In this document: piece by piece, positions 45,910 to 55,088 of the stretch
How the letters are laid out: each line of letters begins with the position of its first letter
How positions within the stretch are numbered: the first letter of the stretch is position 1
Origin: Candidatus Eiseniibacteriota bacterium
GTDB lineage: Bacteria; Eisenbacteria; RBG-16-71-46; CAVPCR01
Assembly (NCBI GenBank): GCA_963702435.1
Contig: CAVPCR010000001.1
Location: 192,001 to 256,000, forward strand
Length of the DNA stretch: 64,000 nt
Direction: 5' to 3'
The notes under the pieces: generated by a model
Told to the model about the DNA's origin: nothing
Databases searched by the model: none
The model's input: only the letters and a program-made list of their open reading frames with translations
Position numbers and translations under genes: made by a program

Positions 45910-46392
45910 CTACTTCTCCTTCGTGAACTGTTCTTCCTCGTCAAGCAACTTGGGGTTCTGCAAGCTGCTCTGCAAAAGGCTCTGCACCCTGGCGGAGTCC
46001 TTGGTGTCCGTAGGAATCACCGCCTCATTGACGCTGCGCACGCCAAGTCGATTGCCATCTGCAGAAACAGTGTAGGTGAGGTAGACGAACTTGCGCTTGT
46101 CCGAGTCAATATCTTGGGCGCTGATGAATGAAGTCCCGGCCACGTCGGAATGAAAAGCGCGAAACAAGTCGCCATCGAGGGAACCTACGTAGGTGGAATC
46201 GTCCAACCTCCGCACCTTCATCTTCTCCTTTCCATCCTTGGAGATCCAGTTACCCAGAAGCCGTTCGTCAAGCTCACGGGTCGGGCCCTCTGTAATGGGA
46301 ACGTCATAGTCGCATCCACTGATCACGAAAAAGCCGAGAGTGGCAAAGAATGCAACGGCGAGTTGTTTAGTAGCCGGTCTCAGTGTGCTCAT
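45910..46392 (-). CDS. hypothetical lipoprotein (gene cassette)
   Basis: Lipobox ISGC, LDERLLGNW; lower GC; between attC sites. Confidence 0.82.
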   Translation of the reverse strand: MSTLRPATKQLAVAFFATLGFFVISGCDYDVPITEGPTRELDERLLGNWISKDGKEKMKVRRLDDSTYVGSLDGDLFRAFHSDVAGTSFISAQDIDSDKRKFVYLTYTVSADGNRLGVRSVNEAVIPTDTKDSARVQSLLQSSLQNPKLLDEEEQFTKEK

Positions 46393-46436
46393 GTGTTGTT
46401 TCCTTTCGCGGTCACGAATGTGATCGGAACGCTGCC

Positions 46437-46567
46437 AGCTAACGGCCTCGAGCTAAGCTGCCCGGCTGACGCGGGCATACCAGCCGGGATTCTCCGCAAG
46501 GCTGGCCGGCATGGCAAGCTGCCCCGAAAGCGACGCCCGCCGGGTCAGCTTCAGCGCGTTGTTGGGC
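46437..46567 (-). mobile_element. attC site (131 bp, canonical)
   Basis: Minus strand GCCCAAC-aacgcgctgaagctgacccggc...gccgggcagcttagctcgaggcc-GTTAGCT. Confidence 0.92.
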
Positions 46568-46599
46568 AGCGGGAGGCCCGGGTGGACACGGGATTCGGC

Positions 46600-47049
46600 T
46601 TAAGGCCGCCGGCAGTACTCCCGAGTCGGGGACACTAGAGTAGTGACCAGGATGCTCAGGCCAAGGAAGGCTGTGAACCACTGGATGGGCGCAGAGAAAC
46701 CAATGAGGAAGGCTTGTATCGCAAGCCACAGTGCCAAGCCGAGTCCCAGGACAAGCGACGCTACCCACGCCCAGTGCTTATTGCTCCAGACCACCAACGG
46801 ATCAAGCGTTTTCCATCGCGGGCGGACGAGGAGGCCATACACAAGAACAAGGGGGAAGATGCACATGACCACAAGCAAGAAGATGCCCGGGAGCGTGTAG
46901 TCTGGAACGGGCAATCGCTCCAGCTCGTCGGCCATGCCCATGCCTGAGCCCGAAGGATCGGAGAGGAACCCATAGGCTCCAGCCAGCCCGCCCAACGCGA
47001 GGACTACGAGTGTTGCGACAAGCAACCATATGGATACCGGGCGTCTAAT
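46600..47049 (-). CDS. hypothetical 4-TM membrane protein (gene cassette); probable ATT start
   Basis: GGLAGAYGFLSDPSG, DYTLPGIFL; AGGAGG lies 6 nt before an in-frame ATT at 47049. Confidence 0.75.
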   Translation of the reverse strand: MRRPVSIWLLVATLVVLALGGLAGAYGFLSDPSGSGMGMADELERLPVPDYTLPGIFLLVVMCIFPLVLVYGLLVRPRWKTLDPLVVWSNKHWAWVASLVLGLGLALWLAIQAFLIGFSAPIQWFTAFLGLSILVTTLVSPTREYCRRP

Positions 47050-47233
47050 CTACCACCTCCTATGCAGCCGGAAGTTCGCTGCTTCGCTTGGATCATACCA
47101 TCGAGGGGCCGCCCGATACCCGCAGCGATTCATGCCGTGCCGGGTTCCCTTCGTTCGTGTGATCGGTGCTGTGAGGATCTGCGGCACTCACTCTCAGTTT
47201 ACGCTGCTGACGCGGCACGAATGTTTCCGGTAG

Positions 47234-47345
47234 GCCTAGCGCCAGGCATTAGCGGCGGGCGCCTCGGCTGAGCCCGTTCCTCCGAAGGGCGTTCACCTTC
47301 CTACCCTCAACGCCGGCACCCGTCCGCTGCATGCCCTTGTTGGGC
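47234..47345 (-). mobile_element. attC site (112 bp)
   Basis: Minus strand GCCCAAC-aagggcatgcagcggacgggtgcc...ggcgcccgccgctaatgcctggc-GCTAGGC. Confidence 0.85.
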
Positions 47346-47367
47346 TGCCGGCCGTCAGGATTCCGCT

Positions 47368-47544
47368 TCACGACACCTTCTTCTCGGACCTCACCTTCCG
47401 AAAAGACTGGCGCACCGCCTAGCGGCCGCTCTTCGCTTGCTGTTCCCGCCGCGCGTCCGCCAGCTTCTCCACGTCGTAGCCGTACTCGCGGGCGACCGCG
47501 TCACGACCCGCGCGCATCTCGTCGACGACTGGATCACAGGACAT
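47368..47544 (-). pseudogene. small protein of the type found beside PIN-toxin genes, with internal stop
   Basis: Manual translation MSCDPVVDEMRAGRDAVAREYGYDVEKLADARREQQAKSGR*AVRQ... Confidence 0.45.
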
Positions 47545-47575
47545 CGGTGGTCTCGCTCGTCAGATCAGGAGGCTC

Positions 47576-48307
47576 CTACCACGGCACGCGCTCGCCCTTG
47601 TGACGCAGCTGGCCGTGCGGGAATTGCTCACGGGCGATAGTCACGAGCTCGACGACCGTACGCGCGCCCTCGTCGACTTCCATAGGCGCAGCCTGGGTTC
47701 CGAGATCGGTCTTCACCCACCCGGGATGGGCGGCAGCGACCGCGATCCCTTTGCTCGCCAGCGTCTTCGATTGAATCAGCGTCAGCATGTCGAGCCCGGC
47801 CTTTGAGGTCGAGTACCCGATGGTCATGAAGCCCCCGACATGCTCCCACATGCCCTCGGCGGCCCCCATTGAACCGAGCATCGACGAGTGGTTGATAACC
47901 CGCGCGTCGTCACTGCGTGAAAGGAGCGGCACGAGGGCCTCGGTGATCGCGTAGGGAGCGATGAGGTTCACCTCGAGCGTGCGGCGGATCTTGTCGGCGT
48001 TGGTCGGCTTCCCGTCCCACTCGAGGGCGATCCCGGCGTTGTTCACGAGCACATCCAGCCTGCCGAACGTCCTCTCGAGATAGCTCACGAGGCTGGCGAT
48101 GTGGTCGGGATTGGTGACCTCGAGACGAACCGTGTGGGCGTCGCACCCCGCAGCCACGAGTTCCGCAGCGGCCGCGCCCCCGGCCTGCTCGTCCCTCGCC
48201 GTGAGGACCACCGTGTATCCGAGCGCGCCCAACTGCCGACCGATCTCCCTGCCCAAGCCCTTGTTCGCCCCCGTGATGAGCACTACCTTGCCGTTCTTCG
48301 TCGCCAT
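47576..48307 (-). CDS. SDR family oxidoreductase (carbonyl reductase-like)
   Basis: TGANKGLG, LVNNAG, YSTSK, HPGWVKTD. Confidence 0.95.
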   Translation of the reverse strand: MATKNGKVVLITGANKGLGREIGRQLGALGYTVVLTARDEQAGGAAAAELVAAGCDAHTVRLEVTNPDHIASLVSYLERTFGRLDVLVNNAGIALEWDGKPTNADKIRRTLEVNLIAPYAITEALVPLLSRSDDARVINHSSMLGSMGAAEGMWEHVGGFMTIGYSTSKAGLDMLTLIQSKTLASKGIAVAAAHPGWVKTDLGTQAAPMEVDEGARTVVELVTIAREQFPHGQLRHKGERVPW

Positions 48308-48409
48308 CGCTTGCGTTCTCCTGACTGCCAAGTGGTGTGTTCTCCCGTCGAGCGCGAAGGCGTAGCCACCCTCGCGCGCAGGAGTGGAATCTGGGCACGC
48401 CGCCAGTCC

Positions 48410-48467
48410 GCCCAACGCTCCGGTTCAGCGGCGGCGGAACGCCGTCCGCTGCAACCGGTTGATAGGC
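48410..48467 (-). mobile_element. attC site (58 bp)
   Basis: Minus strand GCCTATC-aaccggttgcagcggacggcgttccgccgccgctgaaccggagc-GTTGGGC. Confidence 0.88.
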
Positions 48468-48505
48468 GGTGATGAGGTACTCTGGCACGGCCAAACACAC
48501 GCCGT

Positions 48506-49624
48506 CTAGCGCTGCCGGGCGTTGTACTCAATCTGTTCGAGCTCGAAGCGGCCGTAGGCGAACTCGCCATCTGCCGGGTGCCATCGAGCCTCGCCATGGA
48601 CGCTGACGCGGTGCGGACCGAACGCACGGTAGTCAGCCACGGGCGTCGACCATCGAGTGCTCGTGAACGTCTTGCCGTCGGAAGATGATCGTAGACGATC
48701 GTCAGACCAGAAATTGGTCAGCTCGCCAGAGTCGTTGAACGAGAGTTCCGCGCTGATCGTGTGCCCTGCGTTCGTGAAGAGGGCCCTGACGGTCCGTGAG
48801 TCGACCTCTTCCCAGCGGATACGCCGGGTAATGAGCGCCCCAGGCGCAAGCACGCACATGTCGTTCAATAGTGTGACCGTCTCGGCCCTGTCCATGTCCG
48901 GCCCCTTGGCATCGGCCACCCGAAGGAGTGACGCGACCTTCACGCGCATCGTTGCCGAAGGCCCGAGATACATGTGAAGCGCTTGAAACGGAACCCCGAA
49001 CATCGAGGCTTCCATGAAAAAGAGACGGGACGGATCGTCGAAGGAGTTGAGCTGATCAGCCGTGAAGGTCATCCATCGTGCGTTCGGCCCGCTGCGAATC
49101 TGGCCGCGAAAACGCGCGCGAAAGTTCTGGACCCGCGGCTGCCCGACGGCGCCCGCGGTCCGCAGGTAGTTCTGGACAACGACAGGCAGATGGGCGAGAT
49201 CGGCATCTGTGATGACCGACGTGCCGGCGGCGCGTCCCAATTCGCGCTCAACCGCGCGATCATACTCCGCACGAAAACTCGACGGCCCCTGCGACAGAAA
49301 CCCGAACACCACCCCCACCAGCAGGATGCCGTTTGCGATGGTGCCATACTTCGCTTCGTTCCAGGATGTGATGATCACGGCCTGCGAGACTACGACGGCC
49401 AGTATGCCCGCTACCCACCACCATCGTGGCCAAACATAGAGCGAGGTCGCGGTTGCGAGGAAAAGCGCCGCAGCAAGCAGCCAGAGAAGGGCCGCGGACT
49501 TCGAGATTGGCAGCGTCAGCTGCGGAAGCTCAGCGAACCCAAACGCCTTCGCTGGTCCCATCAGATGAATGAGGCCATGAACGAGCATAAGAAGCGCGAA
49601 AAGCAGTTTCATCTTCAAGTACAC
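48506..49624 (-). CDS. DUF6544-like membrane-anchored protein (first cassette of array 2)
   Basis: HGLIHLMG, WNEAKYGTIAN, ITDADLAHLP.VVQNYL, ETVTLLNDMC. Confidence 0.85.
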   Translation of the reverse strand: MYLKMKLLFALLMLVHGLIHLMGPAKAFGFAELPQLTLPISKSAALLWLLAAALFLATATSLYVWPRWWWVAGILAVVVSQAVIITSWNEAKYGTIANGILLVGVVFGFLSQGPSSFRAEYDRAVERELGRAAGTSVITDADLAHLPVVVQNYLRTAGAVGQPRVQNFRARFRGQIRSGPNARWMTFTADQLNSFDDPSRLFFMEASMFGVPFQALHMYLGPSATMRVKVASLLRVADAKGPDMDRAETVTLLNDMCVLAPGALITRRIRWEEVDSRTVRALFTNAGHTISAELSFNDSGELTNFWSDDRLRSSSDGKTFTSTRWSTPVADYRAFGPHRVSVHGEARWHPADGEFAYGRFELEQIEYNARQR

Positions 49625-49674
49625 CGTTTCCTCGAGAGGCTTTGCTTCCCCGGTGCGGTACCCCGAAGCCGCCT

Positions 49675-50392
49675 AACGCTGTCATGTCCCGTGAACTCGT
49701 CTCGCCGCAACCCCGCTCCCCGAGCGGCGGCCATCGCCCCACCCGGCGACGACGCCCGCTCGCGTCAAACGCTGTCGCGTCTTGTGAACTCGCTCGTCTC
49801 GCCGCAGCCCCCGCTCCCCGAGCGCCGGCCATCGCCCCACCCGGCCACGACGCCCGCTCGCGTCAAACGCTGTCGCGTCTTGTGAACTCGCTCGTCTCGC
49901 CGCAGCCCCCGCTCCCCGAGCGCCGGCCATCGCCCCACCCGGCCACGACGCCCGCTCGCGTCAAACGCTGTCGCGTCTTGTGAACTCGCTCGTCTCGCCG
50001 CAGCTCCGCTCCCGAGCGCCGGCCATCGTTCCACCCGGCGACGACGCCCGCTCGCGTCAAACGCTGTCGCGTCTTGTGAACTCGCTCGTCTCGCCGCAAC
50101 CCCGCTCCCCGAGCGGCGCTCATCGCCCCACCCGGCGACGACACCCGCTCGCGTCAAACGCTGTCGCGTCTTGTGAACTCGTCTCGCCGCAACCCCGCTC
50201 CCCGAGCGGCGCTCATCGCCCCACCCGGCGACGACGCCCGCTCGCGTCAAACGCTGTCGCGTCTTGTGAACTCGCTCGTCTCGCCGCAGCTCCGCTCCCC
50301 GAGCGGCGCCCATCGCCCCACCCGGCGACGACGCCCGCTCGCGTCAAACGCTGTCGCGTCTTGTGAACTCGCTCGTCTCGCCGCAGCTCCGC
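49675..50392. repeat. ~97-bp tandem repeat, 7 full units plus partial
   Basis: gtgaactc recurs at 49691, 49784, 49882, 49980, 50076, 50173, 50266, 50363; invariant core gctcgcgtcaaacgctgtcgcgtcttgtgaactcg. Confidence 0.97.
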
Positions 50393-50775
50393 GCCCGGCG
50401 GATGCCCACTTCGATTTCACTACGCGCAGAACGGCGCGGATGCGAGATCATCCCATGCCGCGCCCGTTCGCGGCGAGCGCGATCACCCCTTCCCGCGTGA
50501 CTGCGTTTCCCACTCGCGAAGCATGCGCATACATGCCCGGCCCCGTCATCCTCCGGCAGTGCATTCCCTGCGCATCTATTGCACGAACCGTGCCGCAGCG
50601 CCGAGGGAGATGTCAGGCAGGATAGGCGCTTCTAGTGCTTCCCCGAGGCACATGCGGCTCACCCACCCGGCCGGAGTGCGCACGCCGTTGTCACTCTCGA
50701 CAACCCCGTTGCCGGCCGGCAGTGCAGGACTGCGAGGCCGGCACGCATCCGGCTGGAGTTCGATGGCGCGCGGGA

Positions 50776-51177
50776 TCACTCGATGTCCACCGTGATCTCC
50801 TGTCCTGCCACCTCGACCCGGTCGCCACGATGGAGTCGTCGCCCGCGCCGCGTCTCGACCTCCCCGTTCACGCGCACCTCGCCGTCCCGGATCAGGAGCT
50901 TGGCCTGGCCGCCGGTGGGCGTGATGCCGGCCCACTTGAGGAACTGGTCGAGCTTGATACCCGGGCCACGCGCTGCCGGGTCCCGCTCGTCCATCGAGGC
51001 CCGCTCGTCCATCGGGTCCCGCTCGTCCATCGAGGCCCCCTCGTTCATCGGGTCCCGCTCGTCCATCGGGTCCCGCTCGTCCATCGAGGCCCCATCGTTC
51101 ATCGGACCCTCCTCACCCATCGAGGCTCCATCCTCCGCTCCGCGGCCCTCGTCTCCGCCGACCATTGCGACGATCAT
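50776..51177 (-). CDS. S4-domain RNA-binding protein (YaaA-like) with repetitive acidic N-terminus
   Basis: IKLDQFLKWAG...TGGQAK...VNGEVETRRGRRL; AGGAGG RBS before ATG 51177. Confidence 0.88.
   Translation of the reverse strand: MIVAMVGGDEGRGAEDGASMGEEGPMNDGASMDERDPMDERDPMNEGASMDERDPMDERASMDERDPAARGPGIKLDQFLKWAGITPTGGQAKLLIRDGEVRVNGEVETRRGRRLHRGDRVEVAGQEITVDIE
50977..51128 (-). repeat. 18-bp coding tandem repeat (MDERDP/MNEGAS, about 8 copies)
   Basis: ccatcgggtcccgctcgt / ccatcgaggccccctcgt units. Confidence 0.85.
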
Positions 51178-51242
51178 CCGTCTCCTCCTCCTCCCTGCTA
51201 CCATAGGCGCGTTGCCTCGCGAAGACCAGGCTCCCTGATCCC

Positions 51243-52427
51243 ATGCCTCCATCTGTCGTCGAGATCCTTCTCCAGCGCTCAACCCGCGGCACGACCGGCG
51301 GCACCACCCGCGGCACCACCCGCGGCACCACCGGTCGCACCGCCCCGCCACCGCAGCCAACCCCACCTCCGCCGGCCGTCCCACCTCCGCCGGCCGTCCC
51401 GCCGGCCGTCCCGCCGGCGATCGCGGCCGGCCCGCGTACCGCCCTGGTCATCCAGGGAGGAGCAATGCGCGGCGTATTCACGGCGGGAGCGCTCTGCGCG
51501 CTCGAAGCGCTCGGTTTGCGCGGGGCCTTCGATGCGGTCTACGGATCCTCGGCCGGCGCCGTCAACGGCGCCTACTTCCTCACCGGGCAGGTCACCCTCG
51601 GCACGTCGATCTACTACGAGGACATCAACAACCGCACCTTCCTCGACTGGCGACGCATCATCGCCGGCACCGCCGTCGACATCGACTTCTGCTACGAGGA
51701 GGTGGTCGGGCAGCGAAAACGCCTCGACCTCCCGGGCCTCCTCGCGAGCCCCACTCCGCTCCACCTCTTCACGACCCACGTCGCGGAGGCCCGCGCCGAG
51801 CGCTTCACCCAGGCGGACATCGCGACCCCGCGCGATCTCCTGACCCTCCTCAAAGCCTCGGCGGCCATGCCTCTCGTCTACCGCCGCCCGGTCGTCCACC
51901 GCGGAGCCCGGCACGTGGACGGGGCGCTCCTGGTCCCGGTGCCCCTCCTCGAGGCGATCGCCGGCGGCGCGACGCACATCCTGGTCCTCCTGAGCCGCCC
52001 GCTCGCGACCGCGGCGCGGACGCCGCAGGCCGCCCTCATGCCGCTCGTCCTCCGCTCGATCGACCGGCGGCGGTACCATGCGCTCGCCCGCGCCTGGGGC
52101 ACGGGCCAGGAGCATCTGCGCGCGGCGATCGCCCTCCTCGCCGCCGCGACCTCCGCCGAAAACAACGCCATGGCGCAAAAAAAGACGGGGGGCGGCGTGC
52201 ACCTGGCGGTGATCGCGCCTCCTCCCGTCTTTTCCGTCACGCGCTGGACGACCGACCGCGCGGCGCTCCTCGCCGCCGCCGAGCTCGGCGCCCGCCGCAC
52301 GCTCGCCCTGTTCGGACCCGCGGGTGCCGCGCTCGCGCCGCGCGACGCCCTCGGCCCGGAGGCGGCTCCCTACTTCGCGAGCACCATGCTCCGCGCCGCG
52401 GAGAAGCCCGGCGCCTCGACGCGGTAG
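51243..52427 (+). CDS. patatin-like phospholipase
   Basis: QGGAMRG, GSSAG, DGA; N-terminus contains 12-bp and Pro-rich repeats. Confidence 0.9.
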   Translation: MPPSVVEILLQRSTRGTTGGTTRGTTRGTTGRTAPPPQPTPPPPAVPPPPAVPPAVPPAIAAGPRTALVIQGGAMRGVFTAGALCALEALGLRGAFDAVYGSSAGAVNGAYFLTGQVTLGTSIYYEDINNRTFLDWRRIIAGTAVDIDFCYEEVVGQRKRLDLPGLLASPTPLHLFTTHVAEARAERFTQADIATPRDLLTLLKASAAMPLVYRRPVVHRGARHVDGALLVPVPLLEAIAGGATHILVLLSRPLATAARTPQAALMPLVLRSIDRRRYHALARAWGTGQEHLRAAIALLAAATSAENNAMAQKKTGGGVHLAVIAPPPVFSVTRWTTDRAALLAAAELGARRTLALFGPAGAALAPRDALGPEAAPYFASTMLRAAEKPGASTR

Positions 52428-54799
52428 TAGTAGACCCCGCTCGCCACCGGTGCCGCCCCGTCGTTCCGCCCGTCCCAGGTCACCGACTGCTCACCGGGCC
52501 CGAACCGCCGATCGTCGGCCAGCACGCGCACCGTGCGACCGGCCGCGTCGAAGATGCGGATCCGGACCGGGGCCTCCGCGGCAAGCTCGAAGCGGATCGC
52601 GGTCTGCGGATTGAATGGATTCGGGAAGTTGCCATGGAGAGCCGGACGGCCGGCCCCGGCCACCTGATCGGGATCGAGACCGGTGGTCGCTCCGTCGTCG
52701 TAGATCTGGAAGTCGTCGACCGCAGCCTCCACGATCGAACCGGGCGAGATGTCGCGCGCCGTGAAGCGGACGCGGAACTGAGCGATGGGCAGCGTGAGCA
52801 CATCACCGAGGCGGACGGTCACGTGCCGCCAGGAGGCCTGCGCGACGAGCGTGTTCTCGATCGCCGTCCAGTTCGTGCCGCCGTTCCCGCTCACCTCGAC
52901 CACCCACGGATCGTCGGCCGAGCCGTTGGCGTCGTTCGAGAACCAGCGCCAGTAATCGAGCACCGGGTCGGCGAGTGCCGTCAGACCGAAGATCTGTGTG
53001 GTGAGGACGGTCGAGCCGTTGTCGACATCGGCATCGCCGATGGCGCCGCCGGGGAGCCCGTTCCCGGTCACCCAGCAGAGGACGCCCGGGGCCGGCGTGT
53101 GATCGTCCTCGGGCTGCACCGGCGCAGCGCCGTTGAAGGTGCCGACCGGATCCACCCGCACCCACTGGCCGGCGGTCGCGTTGCCGCTCACGGTCCAGGC
53201 CCCGGGGCTCGTCTCCATGTCGCTCGCGAAGTAGGCGGCGGTGAGCGTGAAATCGCGCGTCGCCTGCTGGGCGGCGGTGATCGTCACCGGGAGGGACTGG
53301 GCGGCGAACCCGAACCTGGACGCGGTCGCGGCGTAGCTGCCGGCGGGGACGGCGGCGAAGGTGTAGATCCCGCTCGCATTGGTCGCCGTGGCGAGCGGCG
53401 TCCCCTCGATGACCACGGCCGCCCCCGCGAGCGGGGACTGATTCGCATCGCGCACGACGCCGGTGAGCGAGCCCGCGGCGAGCGGCGCCAGATCGAAGTC
53501 GAGAGTCGTCGTGACGCCGGTCGCCACGCTCGCCCCGGCCGATCCCGGCGCATAGCCGAACACCGAGCAGTCGATCGTGTACGCGCCCGGGAGGAGCGGG
53601 AACGAGTAGAAGCCCTGCGCGTTCGTGAGGCGCGTGTCGTTCGTCTCCGCCACCTCGACCAGCGCGCCGGCGATCGGCGCGAGCGTCTGCGCATCGCGCA
53701 CCGTGCCGGCGAGGGTGCCGAGCAAGTTCGAGTAGCGCAGGATGAAGGTGCCCGACTGCATGTCGCTCAAGTAGGCGATGGTCGGATCCTGGGCGAAGGA
53801 GTAGCAGCCCCAGGCCCCGGCGTAGCCCGATCCGTTCTGGATGTGCGTGTCGTACCAACCCACCGGCTGGATGTCGTACGGATCGCTCACGTCGAAGACG
53901 CGGAGGCCGTCCTTGTACCAGGCGACGTAGCAGAGATTCCCGCGGAGGTACGCGTTGTGGACGATGGCCCCGTTCGGCGAGGCGAAGTCATCGGTCTGGG
54001 CCACCGCCGGCAGGTTCGAGATGTCCCACATCTTGAGCGTGAAACCGGCGACCTCGTCGGTGGTCACCAGGTAGTTGCTGTCCGCCGAGGGCCAGGTGTT
54101 GTGGGTCGAGGCCCCGGGATAGGTCCACTGGGCGAGGATGGGCGGCGTGCCGGCGTTCCGGACGTCGAGCACGTAGACGATCCCGTCGTAGATGGAGGCG
54201 GCGTACGCCGTGCCGTCCAGGATCGAGATGTCGTGGACATAGTTCGTGGTCCACGTGCCGCGGAGCGTCGGGCTGGCGGGGCTCACATTGGCATCGAGGA
54301 TGACGAGCCCGCGGCTGGGCTGTCCGGAACCCGGATTGGTGCCGCACACGTAGAGCAAGCCGGTCTGCGGATCGGCCTTGATCTCGTGCGCCGTCGCGTA
54401 GAAGAAGGCGGGCGGGTTGAGGGTCGCGACGAGGGCCGGCTGGAGCGGATTCGAGAGATCCACGACCTGGAGCGCGGCCCCGGTCCCCTCGGTCACGATG
54501 TAGCAGTACGAACCGAGGGTGGCCATCTCCCGCCAGGTCGAGTTCGGTCCGGGGATGAACGCCACCTCGTAGGCATTGGCGGGGTCGGTGGCGTTGATGA
54601 AGCTCGTGCCGCTCACCGTTCCCGAGATCGCGAGCTCGGTGCCGTTGGGTGCCGTGTAACCCCAGTTGCCGCTGTAGGTCTCGCCGCGATCGAGGTTCTT
54701 GAGCAGGATCACGTTCTCGGGGGGGTTCACCTGGGCGGTGGCGGCGGCAGCCGCCGCGAGCCCGGCGAGTACGACGAGGCCAATGATGGATTGACGCAT
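52370..54799 (-). CDS. choice-of-anchor-B-like (LVIVD propeller) secreted protein with carboxypeptidase-regulatory-like domains and FlgD-Ig C-terminus
   Basis: Signal peptide, WREM, YVHD, THNTW, TTDE, IVHN, GAWG; GNFPNPFNP...WDGRND...VASGVYYY. Confidence 0.88.
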   Translation of the reverse strand: MRQSIIGLVVLAGLAAAAAATAQVNPPENVILLKNLDRGETYSGNWGYTAPNGTELAISGTVSGTSFINATDPANAYEVAFIPGPNSTWREMATLGSYCYIVTEGTGAALQVVDLSNPLQPALVATLNPPAFFYATAHEIKADPQTGLLYVCGTNPGSGQPSRGLVILDANVSPASPTLRGTWTTNYVHDISILDGTAYAASIYDGIVYVLDVRNAGTPPILAQWTYPGASTHNTWPSADSNYLVTTDEVAGFTLKMWDISNLPAVAQTDDFASPNGAIVHNAYLRGNLCYVAWYKDGLRVFDVSDPYDIQPVGWYDTHIQNGSGYAGAWGCYSFAQDPTIAYLSDMQSGTFILRYSNLLGTLAGTVRDAQTLAPIAGALVEVAETNDTRLTNAQGFYSFPLLPGAYTIDCSVFGYAPGSAGASVATGVTTTLDFDLAPLAAGSLTGVVRDANQSPLAGAAVVIEGTPLATATNASGIYTFAAVPAGSYAATASRFGFAAQSLPVTITAAQQATRDFTLTAAYFASDMETSPGAWTVSGNATAGQWVRVDPVGTFNGAAPVQPEDDHTPAPGVLCWVTGNGLPGGAIGDADVDNGSTVLTTQIFGLTALADPVLDYWRWFSNDANGSADDPWVVEVSGNGGTNWTAIENTLVAQASWRHVTVRLGDVLTLPIAQFRVRFTARDISPGSIVEAAVDDFQIYDDGATTGLDPDQVAGAGRPALHGNFPNPFNPQTAIRFELAAEAPVRIRIFDAAGRTVRVLADDRRFGPGEQSVTWDGRNDGAAPVASGVYYYRVEAPGFSAARSMVLAK

Positions 54800-55088
54800 C
54801 GAGACGCTCCTCGCGGGTCTGTGAGTCGCGGGCGTGTGAGTCGCACCGGGGGGTGAGGAAGGTCCGAACCCGGTGGGGCCGGGGGACCGGGAGCCGGGGG
54901 GCTCGGGGCATCCGGGACTTCCAGGACTTCCAGCCAGTAATCAGAGCGGAGCGCGTCCGCCAGGACGCGCTCCGCTGGCGCCGATCATTATAGCCGATGC
55001 GCGGGCCGCGGGCCAGGGGTGGCACCGGCGGCTGCCGGCGGCACGCAGATCCTCCCGGCCGGCCACGGCCGGGAGGGCGGCGGGAGTT

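Noticed and set aside
49765..50366. Repetitive ORFs over the tandem repeat
   Set aside because: Unit lengths are mostly not multiples of 3 and the frames shuffle, so these are by-products of the repeat.
49675..50392. CRISPR array
   Set aside because: The sequence between conserved cores is itself repeated (no unique spacers), and no cas genes are visible.
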